Below, one piece after another: positions 11,197-20,954 of a stretch of DNA of 64,000 nt. Source of the DNA: an archaeon (GTDB taxonomy: Archaea > SpSt-1190 > DYHY01); contig JBBIPP010000008.1 in assembly GCA_037442745.1 (NCBI GenBank), positions 690-64,689 on the forward strand. Reading direction: 5' to 3'. Numbering within the stretch: position 1 is the stretch's first letter; the number at the start of each line of letters is the position of its first letter. Both the position numbers and the translations under genes were made by a program. The notes under the pieces are model-generated. The model ran no database searches, had not been told where the DNA came from, and saw only the letters and a list, made by a program, of their open reading frames with translations.

Positions 11197-12645
11197 TCAT
11201 TTCCCGGATAGAAGCGCGATTCCAGCCCTGAGAGAATATGCCAGTTCCCCAATGCTCCTTGTCCTGAAAAGCCTCCCGAAAACATAAGACAGCCTGAAAT
11301 AGAATTTCTTGTAGAGGCGGTCTCTCTCTTCAGATATCTCGTCCGCCGAAAGAACGCCGTTAGAATATGCCGACGGGTCGGACAGGTAGAATCCCATTGA
11401 GGAGAAATTAACTTTCCGCCCGTCCCTGAAAGACCCGTTCTTTGAAACAAGTTTCGGATATATCGGGGACCCGGGCATTGGAACGAACGAGGAAATGTGG
11501 GCAAGGTCAGGGTCGCAGTCCAGAAGAAGCCTTTCCGTCTCCTTTATTTCCTCCCTTGTTTCGGTCGGATAGCCGACAATAACATATGCTTGGGTCACAA
11601 TCCCCGCCCTTTTCACTTCCTTGAATGCCCCGACGATTTTTTCTGGAGAAAGCCCCTTTTTCATAAGGCCAAGTATTCTCCTGCTTCCCGACTCGAGGCC
11701 AATACAGATTTTCGAGCATCCGGCTTTCAGGAGAAGGCCGACCGCCCGTTTGTCGAGGAGATCCGCCCGCCTGTTGCAGGCGAAGGAAATCCTCCTAGCA
11801 AGGCCCCTTTTCACCATTCCCCTCGAGAATTCAGTGAGCCACTTTTCCGAGAATCCGAAAATATCGTCCTCAATCTGGACGTGGCTGTATCCGGCAACAG
11901 CACAACTCTCAATCTCATCAAGAGCGCTCTCAACGCTTCTCGCCCGCCATCTGTGCCCGAGAACTCCCGGAGAAGAGCAGAATTCGCAGGAATAAGGACA
12001 CCCCCTTGAAAATATTACATATGCAGTCTTCTCGGGAATCCCTGCCGGGAAGGCCCGGTCGTATTTTCGGAATTCCGGACGGCTTCTGTCGGGAAAGCCA
12101 AAAGAGTCCAAGTCAGTTGAGAGAATTCCCGCCCTGAATTCAGAATATCCCTTGGACAGGATTCCCGGAATTCCGGAAAAATCCCGCCTTCCCTTGGAGC
12201 AAGCCTTGGCCGCTTCAAGGAATGCGAGTTCGCCCTCACCCACAACAACACCCCCGCACCCGAGAGCCTTTAGGCTCTCCTTTGGGAAAGCGGTTGGATG
12301 GGAGCCTCCAACAATTGAGGGTATTTTGAACCTTTCCGCAAGGGAGCAGACTTTCTTTGCCCAATCAACCGATATTGTCGAGCAAGTCACCCCAACAAGA
12401 ACTGGCCCTCTTTTCATTTCCAAGGAAAGCTCCCTTTCCCAGTCGGGGGAAGTTTCGCAGTCGAACACTCTCGCCGAAAAGCCACTCCGTTCGAGAAATT
12501 CCGAGAGATAAAAAAGGTTTACCGGCGGTATCGGGACGCTCACTGACTTGAACTTTTCGAACCATTTGGACGGTGGCCTCACAAGAAGAACGCTCCCTTT
12601 CTTCGACATTCTTTCTGCAAGCCCCGCTACCCGATTATATATCAA
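11197..12645 (-). CDS. B12-binding radical SAM protein (482 aa)
   Basis: CxxxCxxC motif 'CPYSCEFC', an N-terminal B12-binding-like domain, and about 45% identity to the adjacent paralogue. Confidence 0.7.
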   Translation of the reverse strand: MIYNRVAGLAERMSKKGSVLLVRPPSKWFEKFKSVSVPIPPVNLFYLSEFLERSGFSARVFDCETSPDWERELSLEMKRGPVLVGVTCSTISVDWAKKVCSLAERFKIPSIVGGSHPTAFPKESLKALGCGGVVVGEGELAFLEAAKACSKGRRDFSGIPGILSKGYSEFRAGILSTDLDSFGFPDRSRPEFRKYDRAFPAGIPEKTAYVIFSRGCPYSCEFCSSPGVLGHRWRARSVESALDEIESCAVAGYSHVQIEDDIFGFSEKWLTEFSRGMVKRGLARRISFACNRRADLLDKRAVGLLLKAGCSKICIGLESGSRRILGLMKKGLSPEKIVGAFKEVKRAGIVTQAYVIVGYPTETREEIKETERLLLDCDPDLAHISSFVPMPGSPIYPKLVSKNGSFRDGRKVNFSSMGFYLSDPSAYSNGVLSADEISEERDRLYKKFYFRLSYVFGRLFRTRSIGELAYSLRAGIALLSGK

Positions 12646-12677
12646 ACCTTGACAATGGATTTCGTGGAGTCCAAAGC

Positions 12678-14126
12678 TTATCCAAAAGCGGTTGAGAGCC
12701 CGGCAAGAAATATGCGATAAAGCCCCCCAAGCGACCGCGCATTGGAGAGAGTTCTCAGGGCGAACGACGGCCGAAGGGAGTATCTGCGATATAGGGAATT
12801 CCTGAATTCAACGAGTTTTTCCGCCGAGAGGGAGTTCTGGCGCTGGGCCGAGCAGGTGAAGAACCCCGCAGGAATTGCCAAAGGCCCGATTAGGCCCGCC
12901 TGCGCGAACTTTTTGTGCTCTTCCGTTCCGGGAAAAGGCGAGAGGAGGGTTATTACCGGAACGTCCGGGGAAATTTCAAATAGGAGCTTTTCCGTCTCCC
13001 GGAGAGTCTCGAGAGTTTCCCCGAAGAATCCCAATACGAAGAAAGCCTCCGTCAATAGACCTTCCTTCCTTGCTTCGTAAAACGCCCACCGGATTCTCCC
13101 AACGCTCTCGCCCTTCCGGACGCTTTTCAGGATTCTTTCGCTTCCCGATTCGACTCCCATGCACACCTTCCTTGCTCCGGCACTCCTTGCAAGGCGGAAT
13201 TTCCCCCGGCTTGTCAGGTCCGCCCTTGTTGAATAGTCCCAGGTGATTTTCTTCGAATACCCCTTTCCAATCATTCCCTTGCAAAAATCCCTGAACCATT
13301 TTTCCGAGAATCCGAAAACGTCGTCATCGAACTGGATGTGGCAATATCCAGCCCGTATGCAGTTTCCGACCTCGTCAAGAACGCTCTCAACGCTTCTCGC
13401 CCTCCAGGCTTTTCCATGGATTACTGTTGATATGCAGAATGTGCAGCTGTAAGGACAGCCCCTTGACGCTGTTATGAAAGCAGTGCTTTCCCATATTCCT
13501 GCAGACGCACAGGAATCGTATTTCCTGAATTCCGGAAGGGTTCTATCTGGGAATCCAAAGGAATCAAGAGCCTCCGCTCCCGGCAGGTTTCCTTTTGTTC
13601 TTCCGGAAAACACCCTGTTTCCCCTCCTTTCAGAAGCGCTGTCATTTTTCGGCAAGCGACCCGTCCTCAATATTTTTTCAAGGGCGAACTCCCCCTCGTT
13701 TAGGACAAGAAAGTCCGCGCCAAGCTCAAGGAGAAGTGAGCTTCCCCTAATTGTCGCATTGGCCCCGCCAAGAACCGTTTTTGCCCCGTATTTTCCGGCA
13801 AGGCGGACAATTTCCCGGGAATTTTCAATGGAAAAGCTCCCGGCAGACAGGCCAACGAACCTAGGCTTCAGGCGAACAAGTTTTTCAGAGAAAATTTCCC
13901 CGGAATATTCCGAGAATTCATAATCAACAACTTGCGCTGAAAATCCCCTAGATTCCAAGAAAGATTTGAGATAAAAGAGGTTCATTGGAGGCTGTTTCCA
14001 AATTGAAGAGAAAGCCCCTGAGAGCCCATTGTCCGATTCCGGCCTGACAAGGAGGATGTCCAAGCCCATGCTGGTTCGGGATCCGTCCGCGGTTTTATTC
14101 TTTTCCGATTGCCGGAAGAAGTACAT
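12678..14126 (-). CDS. B12-binding radical SAM protein, tandem paralogue (482 aa)
   Basis: CxxxCxxC 'CPYSCTFC'. Same length and conserved blocks (PPxNLFYL, FGFPDR...EFRKYD) as the downstream gene. Confidence 0.7.
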   Translation of the reverse strand: MYFFRQSEKNKTADGSRTSMGLDILLVRPESDNGLSGAFSSIWKQPPMNLFYLKSFLESRGFSAQVVDYEFSEYSGEIFSEKLVRLKPRFVGLSAGSFSIENSREIVRLAGKYGAKTVLGGANATIRGSSLLLELGADFLVLNEGEFALEKILRTGRLPKNDSASERRGNRVFSGRTKGNLPGAEALDSFGFPDRTLPEFRKYDSCASAGIWESTAFITASRGCPYSCTFCISTVIHGKAWRARSVESVLDEVGNCIRAGYCHIQFDDDVFGFSEKWFRDFCKGMIGKGYSKKITWDYSTRADLTSRGKFRLARSAGARKVCMGVESGSERILKSVRKGESVGRIRWAFYEARKEGLLTEAFFVLGFFGETLETLRETEKLLFEISPDVPVITLLSPFPGTEEHKKFAQAGLIGPLAIPAGFFTCSAQRQNSLSAEKLVEFRNSLYRRYSLRPSFALRTLSNARSLGGLYRIFLAGLSTAFG

Positions 14127-14156
14127 TTTTTAAACCTACCAGGAAATCGTTGATGG

Positions 14157-14873
14157 ATGCCTTCATTTTCATCCTCCCCCAAAATGGCGAACTTGAGAGT
14201 TCTCAGAACAAGGAAAGAGAGCCCGACTTGCAAGTCAATTTACTTCAGAAAGCCCGCTGGCTTTTCCTTCCTCCCGGGACAGTTCATCAATATCCATCTG
14301 GAAATTAACGGAAAGACGGAGATTCGCTCATATACAATTTCAAGCGCTCCGGAAGAAAAATACCTGAGAGTAACTTTTCGGGTAAAAGGAGATTTCACAA
14401 AAGCGCTCTTTCGGACAAGGAAGGGGGTGAAGATTCGCGCAATTGGGCCTCTCGGCAGGTTCATTTTCGACAGGAGAAGATTCAAAAAAAAATCAGTTGT
14501 TTTCATTGCAGGGGGAATAGGAATTGCCGGATTTTCCTCCGCTCTTCGGACAATTGAGAAAAAAGGGGGGCTGAACAGCTCACTTCTCCTCTATAGCGAG
14601 AGGGACGGTGAGGATTTTCCCCTTGAAAGGGAGCTTTTATCCCTCAGGAGGACTAGGACTGTCCTAACATTCACGAAAAGCCCGCCCAGAGGATGGAGAG
14701 GGATGGTAGGAAGAATTGACAGGAAAGCTCTCTCCAATTCCCTCGGAAAGAAGGAAATTTCCAAAGCAGTCTTTTTCGTCTGCGGTTCCGATTCCTTCGT
14801 TACCAACATCAGAAAATGCCTCCTTCTGTTGGGAGTGGGAAAAAAGCGGATAGTTTCCGAAGGTTTCGGCTGA
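14157..14873 (+). CDS. FNR/PyrK-like FAD- and NAD(P)-binding oxidoreductase
   Basis: FAD-binding 'RSYTISS' (RxYS-type) and NAD-binding 'VVFIAGGIGIAGF' motifs. Confidence 0.55.
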   Translation: MPSFSSSPKMANLRVLRTRKESPTCKSIYFRKPAGFSFLPGQFINIHLEINGKTEIRSYTISSAPEEKYLRVTFRVKGDFTKALFRTRKGVKIRAIGPLGRFIFDRRRFKKKSVVFIAGGIGIAGFSSALRTIEKKGGLNSSLLLYSERDGEDFPLERELLSLRRTRTVLTFTKSPPRGWRGMVGRIDRKALSNSLGKKEISKAVFFVCGSDSFVTNIRKCLLLLGVGKKRIVSEGFG

Positions 14874-15277
14874 GAAAAAAGAGACCGTGAAAGGTCGCGG
14901 AACTAGTCCCCCTTGGGAAGGATTTCGGCGGATCGGAGCGTTTTCCAATCCCTGTTAATCCGGCCCCCGGCATTCGACTAACGCCCCTCTGTTTCAAGGG
15001 TTGCGCCGGCAGTCCATAAAGGACACGCGCGGCAAAGGGCAGTTTCACTCCCTCGCGGGCTTCGGCGTTCGGTTTCGACTTCATTACTCTGCCCGGATTG
15101 ATTCCTTTTCTGTTCCCTTCGCTCCCCGGTCTCCCGGAGCGGGCTTGTGTCCCGCGCAATTCTTCCGGCGGGGGGAACTTTCTCGCCTCTTTGGCTTTTC
15201 AACCTCAGTAGCGGCAGCCGGGAATCCGCCTCCTTTCACGGCAGAAGAATTCCGGGAAACCAATCTTTTAATTCTTG

Positions 15278-17056
15278 CTATTCAAGGACAGCCTTTATTC
15301 TCCGGACGCCTTTTGATGAAGCTTCTTCCTTTACAATCCTGAAATTTCCGAGTTCCCCAGTGCCGGACGCATGGGGGCCTGAACAGATTTCCCTGCTCAC
15401 CGGATTTGCGGGAGAACCTGCAGTATATACTGAGACAATTTCCCCGTATTTCTCCCCGAAAATCCCGAGGGCGCCAATCGAGAGAGCCTCTTCAGGGGGC
15501 ATCTCGCTCTTTGTCACCGGGAGATTTTCAGAAATCCAGGAATTGACCTGCCCTTCTACAGCCTTCACCTGCCCGGGCGAGAGCTTTTCATTCCAGGAAA
15601 AGTCTAACCGGAGACGCTCCGGGGTAATGTTACTTCCTCTCTGCTCAACCGAGTTCCCGAGGATTTTCCGGAGGGCTGCGAGAAGAAGGTGCGTTGCAGT
15701 GTGGAGCCTGGCAGTGTCAGCAGAATTGTCGGCAAGCCCAGCCTTGAAGATTCCCGCGCTCGTGGTTCTTGAGAGCTCCTGATGCCTCCTTTCCTCCACC
15801 ATGAACCCTGCCTTGTCAACAATTAGCCCCCGCTCGCCCGCAAGTTCCTCCGTCATCTCAACTGGGAAGCCGTAGGACTGGTAGAGGAGGAAAGCCGTCT
15901 TTCCGTTAATAGTCTTGTCAGAGAGCTCCCTTGCAATTTTCTCAAAGTGCCGGATTCCCTGCTCAAGGGCGGATGAGAACCTCTTCTCCTCAGCAGTTAG
16001 CTCGCTCTCAACGAACGCCCTATTGTTGTGTATGTGGGAATAGTCCGGATATGTGTCGAAAACGCTTGCCGATATTTCGGTCAGGAAATTCCCGGAAAGG
16101 CCGAGCAGTCTCCCGAACCTGACAGCCCTTCGGATAAGACGTCTCAGGACATAGCCCCTTTCAACGTTCGAAGGAACGACTTTCTCTGCGAGAATGAAGA
16201 CCGCTGCCTTTACATGGTCCGCGACAATCCGCATTGCCCGCTTGTTCTCGGAATATCTCTTCCCGGAGAGCGCCTCAATTCTCCCAATTATCTTTTCAAA
16301 AGAAGAAGTCTCAAAGATGTCAATTCCGTTCAGCATTGCAAGAGTCCGCTCAACCCCCATCCCGGTGTCAACATTCTTCTGGGCAAGCTCAGTGAAGACG
16401 CCGTCTTCCGACTTGTTGAACTGCATGAAGACATTGTTCCATATTTCCATCCAGCCGGACCGCTCAGTTGCCGAAGCCGTTTTAGGAGGAGCGCCAGCCC
16501 CGACCCAATAGAATATTTCAGTGTCTGGACCACAGGGGCCGGATTTTCCGGCAGGTCCCCACCAATTGTCCTCCTTTGGGAGGAAGACTATTCTTTCTTT
16601 CGGCATTCCCGCAACTTCCCAAATTCCCGCCGCTTCCAAATCCTTTGGAGCATCGGAATCCCCCTCAAAGCAGGTTACTGAAAGGGACTCTGGCGGAATT
16701 CCCAGACGCTCTGTCAGGAAAGAATAGCTCAATTCAATTGCTTCCTTCTTGAAATAGTCGCCGAGGGACCAGTTCCCCAGCATTTCAAAGAATGTCAGGT
16801 GAGTCGCGTCCCCGACATTCTCAATGTCAGTTGTCCTTATGCATTTCTGGACGTTCACAAGGCGAGTTCCGAGAGGGTGCCTTTCCCCAAGGAGAAAGGG
16901 AACAAGTGGATGCATTCCAGCAGTTGTGAAGAGGACTGTCGGGTCGTTTTGGGGGACAAGGGGCACGTTCTGGCATACTTTGTGAGAGTTGCTCTTGAAG
17001 AAATCCAAGTAGAGGTCAATCAATTCCTTCCTGTCCTTTATTGCGAGCATTGCCAT
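15278..17056 (-). CDS. alaS: alanyl-tRNA synthetase, short form (catalytic plus editing domains, no C-Ala domain)
   Basis: N-terminal class II AlaRS motifs ('FTTAGM', 'PSNVERGYVLRR'). Editing-domain HxxxH 'HTATHLL' and CxxxH 'CSGPH' near the C-terminus. Only 592 aa. Confidence 0.85.
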   Translation of the reverse strand: MAMLAIKDRKELIDLYLDFFKSNSHKVCQNVPLVPQNDPTVLFTTAGMHPLVPFLLGERHPLGTRLVNVQKCIRTTDIENVGDATHLTFFEMLGNWSLGDYFKKEAIELSYSFLTERLGIPPESLSVTCFEGDSDAPKDLEAAGIWEVAGMPKERIVFLPKEDNWWGPAGKSGPCGPDTEIFYWVGAGAPPKTASATERSGWMEIWNNVFMQFNKSEDGVFTELAQKNVDTGMGVERTLAMLNGIDIFETSSFEKIIGRIEALSGKRYSENKRAMRIVADHVKAAVFILAEKVVPSNVERGYVLRRLIRRAVRFGRLLGLSGNFLTEISASVFDTYPDYSHIHNNRAFVESELTAEEKRFSSALEQGIRHFEKIARELSDKTINGKTAFLLYQSYGFPVEMTEELAGERGLIVDKAGFMVEERRHQELSRTTSAGIFKAGLADNSADTARLHTATHLLLAALRKILGNSVEQRGSNITPERLRLDFSWNEKLSPGQVKAVEGQVNSWISENLPVTKSEMPPEEALSIGALGIFGEKYGEIVSVYTAGSPANPVSREICSGPHASGTGELGNFRIVKEEASSKGVRRIKAVLE

Positions 17057-17158
17057 TTCGGAGCCCCAAACTCAACCCGGTTCTTTAAAAATTCAGATGC
17101 TGAAAATGCCCGGAAAAATACACTTTAAAACCCCACGGCAAAGGTATTTCCCGCACAG

Positions 17159-18889
17159 ATGAAGAGCCTCCTAATAGTGAACGGCTATTCGGACGAGCCG
17201 ACCTGCTTTAATGTCCCCCCCTATATCGGGAAATATCCTAGATACATTGCAGGAGCCGCCATCTCCGCGAAAAGGGATGCGCTTGTCAAATACCTGACAA
17301 TTGACGATTTTCGGGAAGGCCGCGCGCACCCAAAAGATCTGGACGGAAAATTCGACTGCATTGCATTCATTGTCGGAATGACAGTTCCCGGGAAGTATGT
17401 TGGGGGAAAGATTGCGACTGCAGAGGAGGTCTCATCCCTTTCAAGGAGGTTTGAAAAGGCAAGGGCAAAAGTCCTCTGCGGGCCCGCGGCCAAGTTCGGG
17501 TTCGGGACTGAAGGAGGAAAAACCACCAGGGTTGTCCGGGACCCGTTTGACATTGTCTCAAAAGGGGACGACGAGGCGACAATATACTCAATTTTTTCGA
17601 CTGGAAAAGCCACAGGCCTTGAGAGGATTTCGAGAAAAGACCCCCTTCTCCAAGAATTCGCCGAGAGGGGCGCGTCAATAATTTCCCAGGTTGACACAAC
17701 TTACCTTCTCCTGGAAATAGAGACATACCGGGGATGCTCAAGATTCGTCTCTGGATTCTGCTCGTTCTGCTCCGAAGCCAGCAAGGGCCCCCCAGATTTC
17801 AGGCCAGTAGAGGGAATTGTCAGGGAAATATCCGCCCTTGCGAAAATGGGTGTGCATGCATTCAGGCTAGGCGACCAGCCAGACCTCTTCGCGTATCTTG
17901 GAGAGGGCGCAGGAAAAGAGGAATATCCGAAACCGAATCCCCGGGCAATTGAGGCGCTTTTTTACGGGGCCAGGAAAGCGGCTGGCCCGAACCTGACAGT
18001 CCTCCACATTGACAATGTCAACCCGAAGACAATTGTCCTCCATCCGGAGGAATCAAAAAAAGTAGCGTCAATTATTGCGAAATACAACACACCTGGAGAC
18101 ATTGCGGCCTTTGGCCTCGAGAGCCTCGACCCTGAAGTAATAAGGAAGAACAACCTGAAAGTGGATTCGGAAGATGCTCTGGTTGCAGTCAGAATAATTA
18201 ACGAGGCCGGGGGGTGGAGGGAGGGAAAAAGCCTGCCGAAGCTTCTCCCAGGATTGAATTTCATAGGGGGCCTTGAAGGGGAGACGAAAGAATCGTTTAG
18301 AATAAACTATTCCTTCCTCGAGAGACTGATTGAGGAGAAGCTAGTTGTCCGGAGGATAAACCTCCGGCAGGTGATGCCCCTTCCCTGGACGCGGATTGGG
18401 AAATTCGGCAATAAACTGGTTCAAAAGCATTCGAGGGAATTCGCTTCCTTCAAGTTCAAGGTCAGGGAGAATATAGACCACGAAATGCTATCAAGAGTCG
18501 CTCCAAAGGGAACCGAAATACCCGGGGTGTTTTCAGAATACCGGGACGGGAAAATAACCTTCGCCCGGCCTCTCGGCTCTTACCCTCTCCTTATAGGGAT
18601 TCCGACAACCAACATTCCCCTCGGGAAACTCTTCAATATCAAGGTTGTTGACTGGGGCAAGCGGTCAATAACTGGGGTGCCATCAGACATTGACATAAAT
18701 TCCGCTCCGAGGGAAATCTTGGAATATGTTCCCGGCCTCGGGAGGAAGAACTTGGTCAACCTTCTTGCGAAGAGGCCCGTCGGAAAGGTTTCCGATTTCC
18801 TTTCAGAGAAGGAGTCCGCAAGGAAGCTCTCGGACTTTTTGGGCCTAGAGTCCCCCGATTCCCCATTCGAGAAAACGGGGGCGAGATGA
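17159..18889 (+). CDS. radical SAM-like Fe-S protein with C-terminal helix-hairpin-helix region
   Basis: Cys cluster 'YRGCSRFVSGFCSFCSE' and a C-terminal HhH-like segment 'DINSAPREILEYVPGLGRKNLVNLL'. Confidence 0.5.
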   Translation: MKSLLIVNGYSDEPTCFNVPPYIGKYPRYIAGAAISAKRDALVKYLTIDDFREGRAHPKDLDGKFDCIAFIVGMTVPGKYVGGKIATAEEVSSLSRRFEKARAKVLCGPAAKFGFGTEGGKTTRVVRDPFDIVSKGDDEATIYSIFSTGKATGLERISRKDPLLQEFAERGASIISQVDTTYLLLEIETYRGCSRFVSGFCSFCSEASKGPPDFRPVEGIVREISALAKMGVHAFRLGDQPDLFAYLGEGAGKEEYPKPNPRAIEALFYGARKAAGPNLTVLHIDNVNPKTIVLHPEESKKVASIIAKYNTPGDIAAFGLESLDPEVIRKNNLKVDSEDALVAVRIINEAGGWREGKSLPKLLPGLNFIGGLEGETKESFRINYSFLERLIEEKLVVRRINLRQVMPLPWTRIGKFGNKLVQKHSREFASFKFKVRENIDHEMLSRVAPKGTEIPGVFSEYRDGKITFARPLGSYPLLIGIPTTNIPLGKLFNIKVVDWGKRSITGVPSDIDINSAPREILEYVPGLGRKNLVNLLAKRPVGKVSDFLSEKESARKLSDFLGLESPDSPFEKTGAR

Positions 18890-18892
18890 GTT

Positions 18893-19477
18893 GTGACTTT
18901 TCCGGAATTGCTGACAGTCGCGGCAATAGGGATCGGCCTCTCAATTGACACCTTTTCAGTCTCCGCCGCAGAAGGAACGACTGGAAACAAGTCCCCAAAG
19001 CTCGCAGTCTTCCTTGCACTCCTCTTCGGGGCTTTCCACACAGCAATGCCAATTGCCGGCTATTTCGCGGGGGAAGCTACAAGGAAGATAATAACGAATT
19101 TCGACCATTGGATAGCGTTCCTTCTCCTCGTATATGTTGGGGGAAAAATGGTTCTTGACCAACTCTTCCCTGACGAGGAAAAATCGAAGAAAAGAACCCA
19201 CTTTTCAATCCGCAATGACCTGAGAACCTACCTCTCCTTGGCTGTTGCGACGAGCATTGACGCCCTCGCAATTGGGATAACTTTCGCCTTCCTCGGGCTC
19301 CCAATAATAGAGTCTGCGTTAATTATAGGCGGGACTACTGCCATAGTCTCCTTCGCCGGAGTATATGTCGGGAGGGTCTTTGGGAGCGCCCTCAAGAAGA
19401 AAGCCGGGATAATAGGCGGGCTTGTCCTAATTGCAATAGGACTGAAAATACTAGTCGAGCACCTCTTATTCTCTTAG
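18893..19477 (+). CDS. mntP: manganese efflux pump MntP (DUF204 x2)
   Basis: 194 aa, six TM helices, two internal DUF204-like halves, GTG start 3 nt after the upstream stop. Confidence 0.65.
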   Translation: MTFPELLTVAAIGIGLSIDTFSVSAAEGTTGNKSPKLAVFLALLFGAFHTAMPIAGYFAGEATRKIITNFDHWIAFLLLVYVGGKMVLDQLFPDEEKSKKRTHFSIRNDLRTYLSLAVATSIDALAIGITFAFLGLPIIESALIIGGTTAIVSFAGVYVGRVFGSALKKKAGIIGGLVLIAIGLKILVEHLLFS

Positions 19478-19962
19478 AAGAATTTCAAGAGTTTGTCGTG
19501 CCTTTTGTTCACTTCATCCTGGCTTGCGACAGTTGCCAAGTGCTCTGGCTTTGTCTTTTGAAGGATTGCTTCTCCAAGCTGGATTCCCGCTACAATTTCC
19601 GGGAAAACGAGTAGGTCGACCCCCAGCTTCATGAAAATGTCCAAGTCATCCTGGGAGGATACCCGCGCCGCGACCTTTATTTTCGGGTTCATTTTCCTGG
19701 CAAGTGTCGATATTACCATATTCGTCTTGTCGTCCCCGGTCACAACCGCAATCCATTTCGCCGATTCAATCCCCGCAGCCTTGAGAACAACAGGATTCGC
19801 AGGGTCGCCTTCCAGGAGGGCGAAATTCCCCCCCTTTTCGTGGATTTCCACAATGTAGTGGTCCCGCTCAATCACAGTAACCTTCTCCTTGTTGTTCGCA
19901 AGAAGCGTTGCAAGCCTCTCCCCAACCCTTCCACATCCGCAGACTATTACATGATCAGTCAT
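19474..19962 (-). CDS. TrkA-N (NAD-binding) domain protein
   Basis: Rossmann motif 'VIVCGCGRVG' at the N-terminus. 162 aa. Confidence 0.65.
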   Translation of the reverse strand: MTDHVIVCGCGRVGERLATLLANNKEKVTVIERDHYIVEIHEKGGNFALLEGDPANPVVLKAAGIESAKWIAVVTGDDKTNMVISTLARKMNPKIKVAARVSSQDDLDIFMKLGVDLLVFPEIVAGIQLGEAILQKTKPEHLATVASQDEVNKRHDKLLKFF

Positions 19963-19966
19963 TTTT

Positions 19967-20515
19967 TCACGCCAACTCCACCATGAATTCTATCGACCTC
20001 GTTATCCCGGCAGTCACGAGCCCGACAATCAGGACAATTATCCCGTACTTTAACACGTTTTCGCTCCGGAGCCACCCGATGAGCGCCCCAACACCGAAGA
20101 GAATTACCGCGGAAATTGCGCCCGAGAGGACAATTGCGTTCTTGACTGGCATGAAGAAGAACGGGATTACCGGGAAGAGGGAGCCGAGAAAAATTCCCGC
20201 GCTTGCAATAACCCAATTGGTTTTGGCCTCGTCCTTGAACTCCTTTACGACTTCCAAGGATTCTATCCTTCTCTTGTCCATCCGCATCTTTTCGCCCAAT
20301 GTCTTCGTCCAAGACGCGGCCTCCGCCAACTGTCCGGTGACAGTTGCAAAGGTTGATGCGACAATATTTGCGGATGCGGCCGAGAGTATTGCAATAATGA
20401 CTAATTTCGTGTCAAGGGTTGCGAAGGCTGCGCCAAACGCAACGCCAGTTGCAGTAAGGCACCCGTCAATCACCCCCCCAACCAGAAGGCGGATTCGAAT
20501 CGAAGCCTTTTCCAT
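19967..20515 (-). CDS. VIT1/CCC1-family membrane protein
   Basis: 182 aa with five hydrophobic helices resembling vacuolar-iron-transporter family members. Confidence 0.5.
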   Translation of the reverse strand: MEKASIRIRLLVGGVIDGCLTATGVAFGAAFATLDTKLVIIAILSAASANIVASTFATVTGQLAEAASWTKTLGEKMRMDKRRIESLEVVKEFKDEAKTNWVIASAGIFLGSLFPVIPFFFMPVKNAIVLSGAISAVILFGVGALIGWLRSENVLKYGIIVLIVGLVTAGITRSIEFMVELA

Positions 20516-20730
20516 CCAAACACGAGAAAAAACCTCTTTGTATTAATAGGTTTTCAATGAGGGGAGGTTGCCTGAAAATTCCATGAATTCAATTTGTCGG
20601 AAGAAAGCATTTGTTCCCCAGAAACTTGAGGAAGCCCGATATTTGCCGAGGAATTTTCCGAAAAAACAAGGCAGGCTTACCTTGTTCAAAAAGAGATAAA
20701 CGCCTTTTCATATAACTTGCTGTCAAGCTG

Positions 20731-20748
20731 TGCGGCCACCGGGATTCG
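20731..20748 (-). repeat. duplicate of the tRNA-Gly 3' end (discriminator + acceptor + T-loop, 18-19 nt)
   Basis: 'tgcggccaccgggattcg' is identical to the tRNA-Gly 3' terminus 'tgcggccaccgggattcg' at 20884-20901, about 137 bp downstream in tRNA orientation. No complementary 5' acceptor strand is present, so it is not a full tRNA. Confidence 0.6.
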
Positions 20749-20883
20749 AGACAACGCCCTTTCCCAAGCACAGGCTTGGACAAGCCCTCGAGGGGAGAGG
20801 AAAGAACTTGCGTGTCCCTCATGACACGCCCCTTCTTTACGCCCGTCAACGGATTTTTCTTCGGGAAGAAAAATGGGTTGAGG

Positions 20884-20954
20884 TGCGGCCACCGGGATTC
20901 GGACCCGGGTCCTAAGCTTGGGAAGCTCATATCCTACCACTAGACTATGGCCGC
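20884..20954 (-). tRNA. tRNA-Gly (anticodon CCC)
   Basis: Reverse complement folds as GCGGCCA-ua-GUCU..GGAU-a-UGAGC-UUCCCAA-GCUUA-GGAC-CCGGG-UCCGAAU-CCCGG-UGGCCGC-A, anticodon CCC. Confidence 0.85.

Noticed and set aside
15147-15782. 211-aa plus-strand ORF and other long antisense ORFs (8600..9226 -, 21666..22268 +, 33428..33931 +, 49117..50397 -, 50687..51784 -)
   Set aside because: Each lies antisense to a gene with strong homology-based support (alaS, the 8526 ORF/cytidylyltransferase, adkA, serS, the S-layer gene). Their translations are low-complexity Pro/Ser/Arg-rich shadows.
17159-19477. Possible fusion of the radical-SAM/HhH protein with MntP, and of the B12-rSAM with the GT-C membrane protein, by read-through of TGA (the next ORF starts in the same frame 3-9 nt later)
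   Set aside because: A same-frame coincidence has a one-in-three chance, the fusions are biologically implausible, and TGA is otherwise a normal stop here.
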